This document shows positions 1 through 7,702 of a stretch of DNA of 64,000 nucleotides, in pieces. The number at the start of each line of letters is the position of its first letter. Position 1 is the stretch's first letter. The DNA is from Ignavibacteriota bacterium (GTDB taxonomy: Bacteria > Bacteroidota > Ignavibacteria > UBA10030). The stretch is from positions 576,001 through 640,000 of the forward strand of contig OY969585.1 of assembly GCA_963701295.1 (NCBI GenBank). The letters are read 5' to 3'. Under the pieces are notes generated by a model, which worked only from the letters and a program-made list of their open reading frames with translations, was not told where the DNA came from and ran no database searches. The translations under genes were made by a program, and so were the position numbers.

Positions 1-111
1 AATAAAGGGCAATCCTTTGCCGTCTTGAGATATCGCTTCCATAGGACAAACTCTAATAATAGGACAACGATGGTTCTGCGGACACAAATCAGGATTTATT
101 GTAAGTGCCAT
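1..111 (-). CDS. 4Fe-4S ferredoxin-like protein (5' part; runs off the window edge; not in ORF track)
   Basis: Manual translation from ATG at 111 gives MALTINPDLCPQNHRCPIIRVCPMEAISQDGKGLPFI; the CPQNHxCP...CPxxAI pattern is typical of small 4Fe-4S binding proteins. Confidence 0.8.
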   Translation of the reverse strand, partial: MALTINPDLCPQNHRCPIIRVCPMEAISQDGKGLPFI

Positions 112-169
112 AGTATAATTTTCAAATTATTTAAGAATCCATATTTCTAATTCAAGTGTTCAGTAATAG

Positions 170-196
170 GATGCAGAATTGGATAGAAAGGGTTCA
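170..196 (-). promoter_or_regulatory. Candidate ECF sigma promoter (TGAACC-N16-GCATC) upstream of the ferredoxin
   Basis: Minus strand reads TGAACC CTTTCTATCCAATTCT GCATC; ECF-type -35 AAC motif, 16-nt spacer, ECF gene adjacent. Confidence 0.5.
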
Positions 197-262
197 AATA
201 AGAAAAGAAAAATAATTATCAGTAGCAGAAATTAAGCAGCGCATTACGGCTATAGCAGGGGA

Positions 263-520
263 CTATTTCTTTGTCATCATCGATGACAAACCAGCTATCA
301 ACTTTCTATGGGTTTGATTTGAAATGCCCGGAGCAGGACAATTCCGATAGAGGAATACGGTTTTTTTAAGTGAATCAAGTTGTTTGGAGCACTTCAGACA
401 AGTTTGAAGATGTTTTTTGATTGCGCGGCATTTTCGGGAATTCAAATATTCATCCAGATTCTCGCAGACATACTTTGCCACTTCGGTACATCGCAATTTG
501 TTTACAGATTTCGTTTTCAT
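263..520 (-). CDS. Zinc-binding anti-sigma factor (zf-HC2 / ZAS)
   Basis: HxxxCxxC motif (HLQTCLKC) plus upstream Cys; overlaps the ECF stop codon by 4 bp. Confidence 0.85.
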   Translation of the reverse strand: MKTKSVNKLRCTEVAKYVCENLDEYLNSRKCRAIKKHLQTCLKCSKQLDSLKKTVFLYRNCPAPGISNQTHRKLIAGLSSMMTKK

Positions 521-1137
521 ATTTCCATGTACTCCTGAAGTTGTTTACGAAGAAACACGCGTGCTCGGCGGAGCCTGGATTTTACTGCCGGAATAGAAAC
601 CTTCAGTATCTTTGCAGCTTCTTCTGACGATCGGCCTTCAACGTCGCGTAAAATGAAAACAATCCGCTGCTCTATCGGGAGTTTCAGAATAGCTTTATCG
701 AGAAGCTCACGAAGTTCCTTGTTCACCAGTTCATCCTGCGGTGTCTCTGTTAATGATACAAACGTTTGAAGCGGTGCCCCATCGCTTTTATGTTCCGAAT
801 CTTTCTGTATGCTATCAGGTGATTCAAGGGAAACGGAGAACTTATCCAACTTGCTTTTTCTTCTCTTCATCAGACAATTATTTGTAACGATCTGATAGAG
901 CCAGGTGCTGAACTTTGCCTTTCCATTGAACTGGCCGAGTTTCCGATAGACATTTACAAATGTGTCTTGAAGAGTCTCCTCAGCCTGTTCTTCATTACGA
1001 CACACTTTGTAAGCAAAACTATATACCGTGGACTCATACTTTTTTACAAGAAGTGAAAATGCGCGCTGGTCTCCTTTTTGTGCTTTGTGAACTAATTCCG
1101 ATTCGTTATCAATATTTTGGATTTTTTCTATTTCCAT
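517..1137 (-). CDS. ECF-family RNA polymerase sigma-70 factor
   Basis: Region 2 (AEETLQDTFV, FSTWLYQI) and region 4 (EEAAKILKVSIPAVKSRLRRAR); 206 aa. Confidence 0.93.
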   Translation of the reverse strand: MEIEKIQNIDNESELVHKAQKGDQRAFSLLVKKYESTVYSFAYKVCRNEEQAEETLQDTFVNVYRKLGQFNGKAKFSTWLYQIVTNNCLMKRRKSKLDKFSVSLESPDSIQKDSEHKSDGAPLQTFVSLTETPQDELVNKELRELLDKAILKLPIEQRIVFILRDVEGRSSEEAAKILKVSIPAVKSRLRRARVFLRKQLQEYMEI

Positions 1138-1251
1138 ATATTTAAAAGATACGAAGAGATTGTATAAAGAAACAGCGTTGCGAATGACACAGTAAATAAA
1201 CCAACCCGTCAGTTGAATTTTGAGAGGTTGGTCTATATAATATTTTACATT

Positions 1252-1668
1252 TTAGTGTTGCCCGTGATGCAGATGAATGCGGCGCAAATCACTATCTAAT
1301 GAACCTGCTGCAACTGCAGCGATAACTTCTTCGATAGTATTAAGTCCGGTAAGAACAGGAAGAAGATTCGAATTGCGAAGATGATCAACAGCGCCTTGAC
1401 CCATCCCGCGGACAACCACTGCCTTACAATCCAAGACAGGCGACACCATGGTTTGATGACGATGATCAGACACTTCCCTGTTATGGTGTTCATGTCCACC
1501 TTCTGCCGGTCCGAAAGAATGATGACCGGCTTTTTCTCGCCGTTCACGCTTGATTACTTTTCCTTCAGAGAAGTTCAGTACTTCATAGAAACAAGCACGG
1601 CCAAAATGAGAACTGACTGTTTCACCATCATCTGTGGCGATTGCAATTACTGAATTTTTAAAATCCAT
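1252..1668 (-). CDS. NifB/NifX-family (dinitrogenase FeMo-cofactor domain) protein, His-rich
   Basis: IAIATDDGETVSSHFGRA and GMGQGA motifs; His-rich insert and C-terminus. Confidence 0.85.
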   Translation of the reverse strand: MDFKNSVIAIATDDGETVSSHFGRACFYEVLNFSEGKVIKRERREKAGHHSFGPAEGGHEHHNREVSDHRHQTMVSPVLDCKAVVVRGMGQGAVDHLRNSNLLPVLTGLNTIEEVIAAVAAGSLDSDLRRIHLHHGQH

Positions 1669-1701
1669 TTTTCTGCTCCTTATTATTGATATTGTGAATT
1701 T

Positions 1702-2142
1702 TCATGATTGATGCGATTGACCAAGATGTGGTTCATCGTAATTCTGCAATGGTTGGCAGCAACGTCTGCATTCCACATGCTCTCGTTCACCCATATTTCT
1801 CGACTGCCATCGCCTACAACGAGGGCATTGCAGGTGTTTTCCCCTGCCAAATTTAAATGATCCACCGGTAATTTCTAGTCTGCAGCCCTCAACAAGAGCA
1901 CGAGCAACTTTTGACCTTGCAGATTCTATAATTCTTCCGAATGTTGGGCGTGAAATGCCCATCTTTTTTGCAGATTCTACTTGAGAATGACATTCCAGGT
2001 CTGCAAGCCGCAAGGACTCGAATTCATCCATTGTTAAAACAATAAGTTTCTGCTGGACAAGGCATCGTTCTTCATTAGCAGGGTGAAAAGAGTGTGCTGG
2101 AGGTGAAAAGGCGAGTCTTCGTAATCGTTTGGGCCGAGCCAA
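1702..2142 (-). CDS. DUF134 (UPF0251) HTH protein with C-terminal CxxC...CxxC
   Basis: MARPKRLR, LTMDEFESLRLADLE, MGISRPTFGRIIESARSKVA; CPRC and CRRC; TTG start. Confidence 0.88.
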   Translation of the reverse strand: MARPKRLRRLAFSPPAHSFHPANEERCLVQQKLIVLTMDEFESLRLADLECHSQVESAKKMGISRPTFGRIIESARSKVARALVEGCRLEITGGSFKFGRGKHLQCPRCRRWQSRNMGEREHVECRRCCQPLQNYDEPHLGQSHQS

Positions 2143-2170
2143 AGGAAATCCTTTGTTGTCTATTAGTTCA

Positions 2171-2190
2171 TTATGAGCATATGCTCATAA
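2171..2190. promoter_or_regulatory. Perfect 20-bp palindrome, putative operator
   Basis: TTATGAGCATATGCTCATAA equals its own reverse complement; ~30 bp upstream of the DUF134 start. Confidence 0.7.
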
Positions 2191-2271
2191 CAATATAGGG
2201 CACATGTATATAAAAATCAAGCTTTGATTAGTTAGGAGGGAATAAATTTCGAGATTTTTTCTATCCGGCTA

Positions 2272-3219
2272 TTACTTATGTTGTGCGGAATGAATATCCA
2301 CTACAACTCCTTGATCTTCACAGACGGAAGATTCAAGCTGAAGCGTAGGATGATTGATACCGAATCGATTTCCCAGTTCTTTTTCCAACTGCGAACGAAT
2401 ATTGGTACCGGCGCTAATTAGTTGATCTCGCACAACAACGTGTGCGCTTAAAGCCCGCATTCTGGAAGATAATCCCCAAATGTGTAGATGATGAACGTTC
2501 TTTACTCCGGGAAACGACTGGATATATGCAGCAACTTCGTGTAAATCAATCCCACGCGGTGTTCCTTCAGTCAGGATGTGAACTGTCTCAGCAACGATAC
2601 TCCAAGCACTCTTAATGATGAATAATCCAATAGCAATTGAGATAAGCGGATCGAGCACACGCCAATCTTTCCAAGCAATGAGCCCTGCAATCACAACCAC
2701 AGCGAGTGATTCGAGAGCATCGGTAAGAAGATGCAAGTATGCACTCTTCATATTGAGATCGTGGTGCGCGTGTGTCTTTAATAAGAGAGTAGCTGCCATA
2801 TTCGCAACGAAACCAAAAGCCGCAATGACGAGCATCCATCCACCGGCAACAGGTTCAGGATGAGTAAACCGCTGGATAGCTTCATAGATTATATACAGAC
2901 CAATTAATACCAGCGCCATTGAGTTGATAAACGCTACGAAGATTTCAACTCGTACATAGCCGTACGATTTTTCCGAATTCGATTTCCATTGAACAACTCT
3001 TGAAGCAATGTAGCTCAATATCAATGCGAAGAAATCGCTGAGATTATGGAGTGAGTCGGAAATAAGAGCAAGGCTGTTCGTTAGAATACCTCCGAGAAGC
3101 TCGACAATGAAAATAATAGCATTAAGGGCAATGGAAATACCAAGACTCTTTTCAATGTTACGATGTTTTTCGGTTGCGGTGGAATCGTGAATGTCTATCA
3201 CCTGATCAACATCTGACAT
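2272..3219 (-). CDS. Cation diffusion facilitator (CzcD/ZitB-like Zn/Co/Cd efflux)
   Basis: SLALISDSLHNLSD, AYLHLLTD, HHLHIW, HPTLQLE motifs; about 6 TM segments. Confidence 0.93.
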   Translation of the reverse strand: MSDVDQVIDIHDSTATEKHRNIEKSLGISIALNAIIFIVELLGGILTNSLALISDSLHNLSDFFALILSYIASRVVQWKSNSEKSYGYVRVEIFVAFINSMALVLIGLYIIYEAIQRFTHPEPVAGGWMLVIAAFGFVANMAATLLLKTHAHHDLNMKSAYLHLLTDALESLAVVVIAGLIAWKDWRVLDPLISIAIGLFIIKSAWSIVAETVHILTEGTPRGIDLHEVAAYIQSFPGVKNVHHLHIWGLSSRMRALSAHVVVRDQLISAGTNIRSQLEKELGNRFGINHPTLQLESSVCEDQGVVVDIHSAQHK

Positions 3220-3432
3220 TAATGTATCCTAATAGTTCGTTTCTCGCTTATTATAATGATTAATATGCTTAGATTCTTCCGATAATACCAAAGATTCAAT
3301 TAATACATATTGTTCTGGATACATTTATTGCCTGGGTGCCTACAAGGAAGGAAAAAGGAAATAAACCAATTAATTCCGTAAATTGAATCGTTTCCTCAAC
3401 AAAATTATGTTCTACGTTATGAAAGATTTGCC

Positions 3433-4848
3433 GTGAGAAAACATCTTACAGAATCTACGGTACTGTTTATCAGCATTATCAAATGGGTTTTTCTGGCAAC
3501 CATAGCCGGTGCAATAGTCGGAGGAGCTACAGCAATATTCCTCAAACTTCTTGCTTGGGCAACAGGCGTTGGTCAACAATCACCATATACCTTCTTACTC
3601 CTTCCCGCAGCATTATTTCTCAGTGCATTGTCAATAAAATATCTGGCTCCCGATGCAGAGGGTCACGGTACGGAAAAAGTGATTGAAGCAATCCATAAGC
3701 GATCAGGAAAAATTGGACTTATGGTCGTTCCCGTGAAATTGCTCGCTACGATTATCACTCTCGCCATAGGGGGTTCTGTCGGTAAGGAAGGGCCTTGCGC
3801 ACAAATTGGAGCAGGTCTTACATCTTTTTTTAGCGACATCCTTAGATTCGATGATCATGATAGAAAAAAGTTGGTCATTTGCGGCATTAGTGCAGGATTT
3901 GCTTCGGTGTTTGGAACACCAATCGCCGGTTCATTTTTTGGAGTCGAGGTATTGTTTGTCGGAGCCATTCTGTATGAAGTACTCCTTCCCTCTTTTATCG
4001 CTGGGATAACTGCTTATCAGGTTTCTTCAGCATTCGGCGTTACATATTTCCACGGACCGGTGAATATTATTCCTGTTTTTTCCGAGTTGTTTCTATTTAA
4101 AGTCATGGTAGCCGGATTGTTCTTTGGATTATGTTCAATTTTCCTTATCGAGATGCTGAAAGTCGGCGAGAGATTATCCGAACGGTTGATAATATGGAAA
4201 CCATTAAATGGGCTAATTGGCGGCATTGTGCTTGTCGGATTGACATATATTTTTTCTGCCAGGTATCTCGGATTAGGCCTTAAAACAATCGAAGCCGGAT
4301 TCCGTGGTGAACATACTGATTGGTATGCATTCCTTGTAAAACCCATTTTCACATCTGTCACTCTCGGTTTTGGTGGAAGCGGCGGTATTGTCACACCGAT
4401 TTTTTTCATCGGCGCAACCGCAGGATTGTTCTTTGCTTATGTATTCAGCCTGAACGCTGGAACGTTTGCGGCGATTGGGCTTACGAGCGTCCTTGCGGGA
4501 GCGGCAAACACTCCGATTGCAGCAAGTATTATGGCTGTGGAAATGTTCGGGCCTGCCATCGCACCGTACGCAACTGTTGCGTGTGTTATTAGCTTTCTAA
4601 TAACTGGACATCGAAGTGTGTATCCATCACAGATACTCTCTATTTCAAAATCACCTTCGCTTCAAGTAGAGTTAGGTAAAGAGCTTGCAAATATACAATC
4701 ATTATATCTTCCACGCAAAAAAAGCTTAACGAGTCTTATCCTTCATTTTGTTGATACAGTGGAAAGACTTGTCAGAAAGAGTCAAACAGGCACCTCATCA
4801 TCGGATCACTCAAAAGACGATGATGCACACAATAACAAGAAAGGTTAA
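3433..4848 (+). CDS. CLC-family chloride channel / Cl-/H+ antiporter
   Basis: GSVGKEGP (gating Glu), GGSGGIVTPIF, GAANTPIA motifs; highly hydrophobic. Confidence 0.92.
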   Translation: MRKHLTESTVLFISIIKWVFLATIAGAIVGGATAIFLKLLAWATGVGQQSPYTFLLLPAALFLSALSIKYLAPDAEGHGTEKVIEAIHKRSGKIGLMVVPVKLLATIITLAIGGSVGKEGPCAQIGAGLTSFFSDILRFDDHDRKKLVICGISAGFASVFGTPIAGSFFGVEVLFVGAILYEVLLPSFIAGITAYQVSSAFGVTYFHGPVNIIPVFSELFLFKVMVAGLFFGLCSIFLIEMLKVGERLSERLIIWKPLNGLIGGIVLVGLTYIFSARYLGLGLKTIEAGFRGEHTDWYAFLVKPIFTSVTLGFGGSGGIVTPIFFIGATAGLFFAYVFSLNAGTFAAIGLTSVLAGAANTPIAASIMAVEMFGPAIAPYATVACVISFLITGHRSVYPSQILSISKSPSLQVELGKELANIQSLYLPRKKSLTSLILHFVDTVERLVRKSQTGTSSSDHSKDDDAHNNKKG

Positions 4849-5141
4849 ATAGTAAGAGAATTATCTAACAAAATACATTCGAACTTTTGAATAAGCTGAT
4901 TATTATGTTCTTCTACTCATTCTTCAATTTTACAAACGAATCTGAAATTGTTTGAAACAAAGAGAATGGTTTCTTCGTTTTTTGCTCCAGCAACGGAATT
5001 GATATATCGACCCGCTATAGAGCTTTATATTTAGCAGCCGCTTGGTGAATTGACTTGTCCTACATGTCGCACACGAAAGTCCTATGAATTGATTTACATA
5101 TTTATTATTTTGGCAATGCCCGTCGTGTTGCACAGGTTTTC

Positions 5142-5750
5142 TTATTCATTGAGTTCATCTTTCCGAATCTCCCGTTCCGCTTCAAGCCAGTCTTGACCTG
5201 CTTGGCCTTCGCGGCGACCTCGTTGCTCGTACAATTCATAAGCACGTTTCGCGATCTTTGGCGTCAAATCAGACGATCTCTTGATTTTGACCGGATCGAA
5301 GATCCGATAAGCGAGCAGTTTCATGCGGTCATTCAAGAGGAACCATAGAAGTGCATAGACCCAAACAAACAGTGCCCAACCCCAGCCAAGTGGCGTCATA
5401 AACAATCCATAAACCGCTATCAATGTTGCAATCATTTGCGTGCCGACAACGGCTATCCATAAAATTCGCGCGGGTCGAATAGACCAGAACGGGCCACGTG
5501 TTCGCGTGAGGAAGATTGTCAAATGTCCCGCTACAGACAGCTTCAAATACATTAACGTCTGGATGTACGTACGGTCGAGATGAAAGACGCGTTCACCCAA
5601 ATAAAACAAGCCAAATGCAGAGACGACCCCGATGACACCCAGCACCGTAGATACCCCCAACACCACGCGCATGTTCCATGCCTCGAGCTGATCTTTGTAA
5701 TAAACATTGTCATAAGCAATAGAGAGAATGGCACCGTCATTGAGCAACGC
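5142..5750 (-). pseudogene. 3' fragment of a plasma-membrane proton-efflux P-type ATPase (P3A) with C-terminal DUF2934-like domain
   Basis: [15 protein letters not shown] and YLKLSVAGHLTIFLTRTRGPFWS match the late TM segments; tail IAKRAYELYEQRGRREGQAGQDWLEAERE; the N-terminal cytoplasmic domains (DKTGT etc.) are missing. Confidence 0.85.
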
Positions 5751-5884
5751 ACTTACTCGAAGATGGGCATGATATTCGCACCGTCCAAGAACTTCTCGGC
5801 CATAGTGATGTGCGCACAACAATGATCTACACCCACGTCCTGAATAAAAAAGGATTAACAGTCAGAAGTCCGCTAGACAAATAA
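5744..5884 (+). pseudogene. intI: 3' fragment of an integron integrase (IntI-type tyrosine recombinase); not in ORF track
   Basis: Manual translation [46 protein letters not shown]; box II with the catalytic Tyr and the IntI-typical HVLN...VRSPLD terminus. Confidence 0.85.
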
Positions 5885-5962
5885 GTCTTCATATACTCCC
5901 TAAAAATGATTGCCAAACTTGCGTTGGTTAATAAAACTTTTTAAATTTGATGTATAATTAAC

Positions 5963-6006
5963 GTGTTAGTTTGATCAGAGGTAGCTGCTAACACATGTGC
6001 TAACAC
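5963..6006. repeat. Short repeats: TGCTAACAC x2 direct, plus an inverted partial copy; candidate integrase arm-type sites
   Basis: TGCTAACAC at 5986-5994 and 5998-6006; GTGTTAGT at 5963-5970; ~65-110 bp from the tRNA fragment. Confidence 0.45.
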
Positions 6007-6071
6007 TTGACTTGCTTTTGGGGGTAAAAATACCTCCAAATGTTTTGAATTCGATGTATTTTGGGCACCGG

Positions 6072-6117
6072 TAGGCTTTTCAAGCCTGGAACACGAGTTC
6101 GAATCTCGTTGGGGGCA
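6072..6117 (+). tRNA. Truncated tRNA-Glu(TTC): 3' half only, attR-like remnant
   Basis: Anticodon arm TAGGC-TT TTC AA-GCCTG, T-arm ACGAG-TTCGAAT-CTCGT, acceptor 3' strand TGGGGGC-A; no D-arm or matching 5' acceptor strand upstream. Confidence 0.8.
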
Positions 6118-6121
6118 CGAT

Positions 6122-6163
6122 AAGATTTAAGAATTAAGATTGCAGATGTAAGATTGACGATTG
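6122..6163 (+). repeat. Six degenerate tandem heptamers (consensus AAGATTG)
   Basis: AAGATTT AAGAATT AAGATTG CAGATGT AAGATTG ACGATTG. Confidence 0.6.
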
Positions 6164-6202
6164 AAAAGAGCCGGCTCAGAGATGGGCTGGCGATTTTCTT
6201 TT
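6164..6202. terminator. Intrinsic terminator, possibly bidirectional
   Basis: GCCGGCTC-agagat-GGGCTGGC stem (with G-U pairs) flanked by an A-rich and a T-rich tract, between the tRNA fragment and the convergent regulator. Confidence 0.55.
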
Positions 6203-6242
6203 GTAGACCAAAAATTGTTCAGATGTACGACCAAACACGATT

Positions 6243-7694
6243 TTATTTTAATCCTAACTCTTTGCACATCCGGTAGAAGTTCGAAGGCGCAATGCCAAGT
6301 TTTTCAGCTGCATTGGTATCCGAACTGGAAATGCTTCGCACATATTTAAAATATCTGAGCCGAAATGCTTTTTCCATTTCACGCAGTGTCAGGACTTGTC
6401 CTATATTTAACTCATCGAAAGAGGTATCTTTTGAAAGAACAGAGTTCTTCAGAATCATAGGATTACTGATCTCTTTGACACCAATATGGCCTGCATTATT
6501 CAGAACGAGACGTTGTACCACATTGCGGAGTTCACGTACATTTCCAGGCCACTTATAGTTCATTAAGATTTCCTGCGCCTGAGGATCAACTATTGGCATA
6601 GTAATTCCCATATCATTGCTGAAATATTCGAGGAAGTGATTGAACAATAAAATAATATCTTCACCCCGCTGTCGAAGCGGAACAACGTCGATGGGAATAA
6701 CATTCAATCTGTAATACAAATCTTCACGAAAACGTCCTTCATTCACCTCAACAGCAAGATTCTTATTCGTTGCTGCGATAATACGGACACTGACAGACAT
6801 TCTTCCGGTTCTACCAATCTTTTCGATTTCGCCTTCCTGGATCACACGCAGTAATTTTACTTGCGCAGAAAGCGGAAGTTCCAGAACTTCATCCAAAAAG
6901 ATCGTGCCATTATTCGCAATCTCAAACAATCCTGATTTTGTGCTCCCCGCACCGGTAAATGATCCTTTTTCGTATCCAAATAATTCGCTTTCAACCAATT
7001 CGTGTGGAATACTCCCGCAATTAATCGGAATAAATTTTTCGTATTTACTGCGGCTTTTCAAATGAATATTCCATGCAACTAATTCTTTCCCCGTTCCAGA
7101 TCCCCCCGTAATGAGAATACTGGCATCACTTTTTGCATACTTCTCAATCGTTTCGCGTAATTGAATTATTGGTTTCGATTCGCCGATTATTTTTTTTGCT
7201 TCCAATAAGCCTTCTATACTTTGGAGGAGGCGCTTATCAGATTTCAGTTTCTGTTTTTCAAGCCGCTTTTTTTCATAGGCATTGACTATGCTGAGGATAA
7301 AATCAGTCGGCTGATAAATATAATCTTCAATATTCCCTGGGTACTTCGTGCAGTACCAGAACGCTCCTGCTTTGAGAAGATTATTCGCAAAATCAAAATC
7401 GGTTGTATTCGTTGTCATTTTTGTAATGACGACGATCTGGAGGAATGGATCGGACTCCTTCATCTTTTGAATGAGCTCTTCACCCCGCAATCCCCCCGAG
7501 ATTTGATAATCGAGGATGACAACGTCGTACAAATCCGGATGTTGCTGGATGTGTTCCATTGCTGCCCGCCCATTGGAAACCACACTTTCGATTTGAATCT
7601 TTGTCGATGAGAGGCTAATCGTGTTCTTCACACGGGCCACATCAAAATCCTCATCATCAACCAACAGTACTCGAATGACATTTGTGTTCGTCAT
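6243..7694 (-). CDS. Sigma-54-dependent (NtrC-family) response regulator
   Basis: REC domain (LLVDDE, VILD), Walker A GGSGTGKE, ESELFGYEKGSFTGA, FREDLYYRLNV, WPGNVREL, C-terminal HTH. Confidence 0.95.
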   Translation of the reverse strand: MTNTNVIRVLLVDDEDFDVARVKNTISLSSTKIQIESVVSNGRAAMEHIQQHPDLYDVVILDYQISGGLRGEELIQKMKESDPFLQIVVITKMTTNTTDFDFANNLLKAGAFWYCTKYPGNIEDYIYQPTDFILSIVNAYEKKRLEKQKLKSDKRLLQSIEGLLEAKKIIGESKPIIQLRETIEKYAKSDASILITGGSGTGKELVAWNIHLKSRSKYEKFIPINCGSIPHELVESELFGYEKGSFTGAGSTKSGLFEIANNGTIFLDEVLELPLSAQVKLLRVIQEGEIEKIGRTGRMSVSVRIIAATNKNLAVEVNEGRFREDLYYRLNVIPIDVVPLRQRGEDIILLFNHFLEYFSNDMGITMPIVDPQAQEILMNYKWPGNVRELRNVVQRLVLNNAGHIGVKEISNPMILKNSVLSKDTSFDELNIGQVLTLREMEKAFRLRYFKYVRSISSSDTNAAEKLGIAPSNFYRMCKELGLK

Positions 7695-7702
7695 GCAAAC
7701 TC

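Noticed and set aside
1252-1668. Nitrogen fixation
   Set aside because: The NifB/NifX domain is common in non-diazotrophs; no nifHDK or radical-SAM nifB in the window
3220-4848. Fluoride riboswitch and CLC-F fluoride exporter
   Set aside because: No GGNGATG...crcB-motif core upstream; the protein has GKEGP/GIVTP rather than the CLC-F signatures GNNLI/GREGT/GEVTP
4863-5140. attC site after the CLC gene (ATCTAAC fits RYYYAAC)
   Set aside because: No complementary GTTAGAT-like R' box or L boxes within range
5751-5822. N-terminus [18 protein letters not shown] of the 5142-5822 ORF as a real protein start
   Set aside because: It is the antisense of the intI fragment; ATPase similarity begins only at ALLND
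6040-6120. Functional tRNA-Glu gene
   Set aside because: No D-arm and no 5' acceptor strand complementary to TGGGGGC; ends in CGA, not CCA
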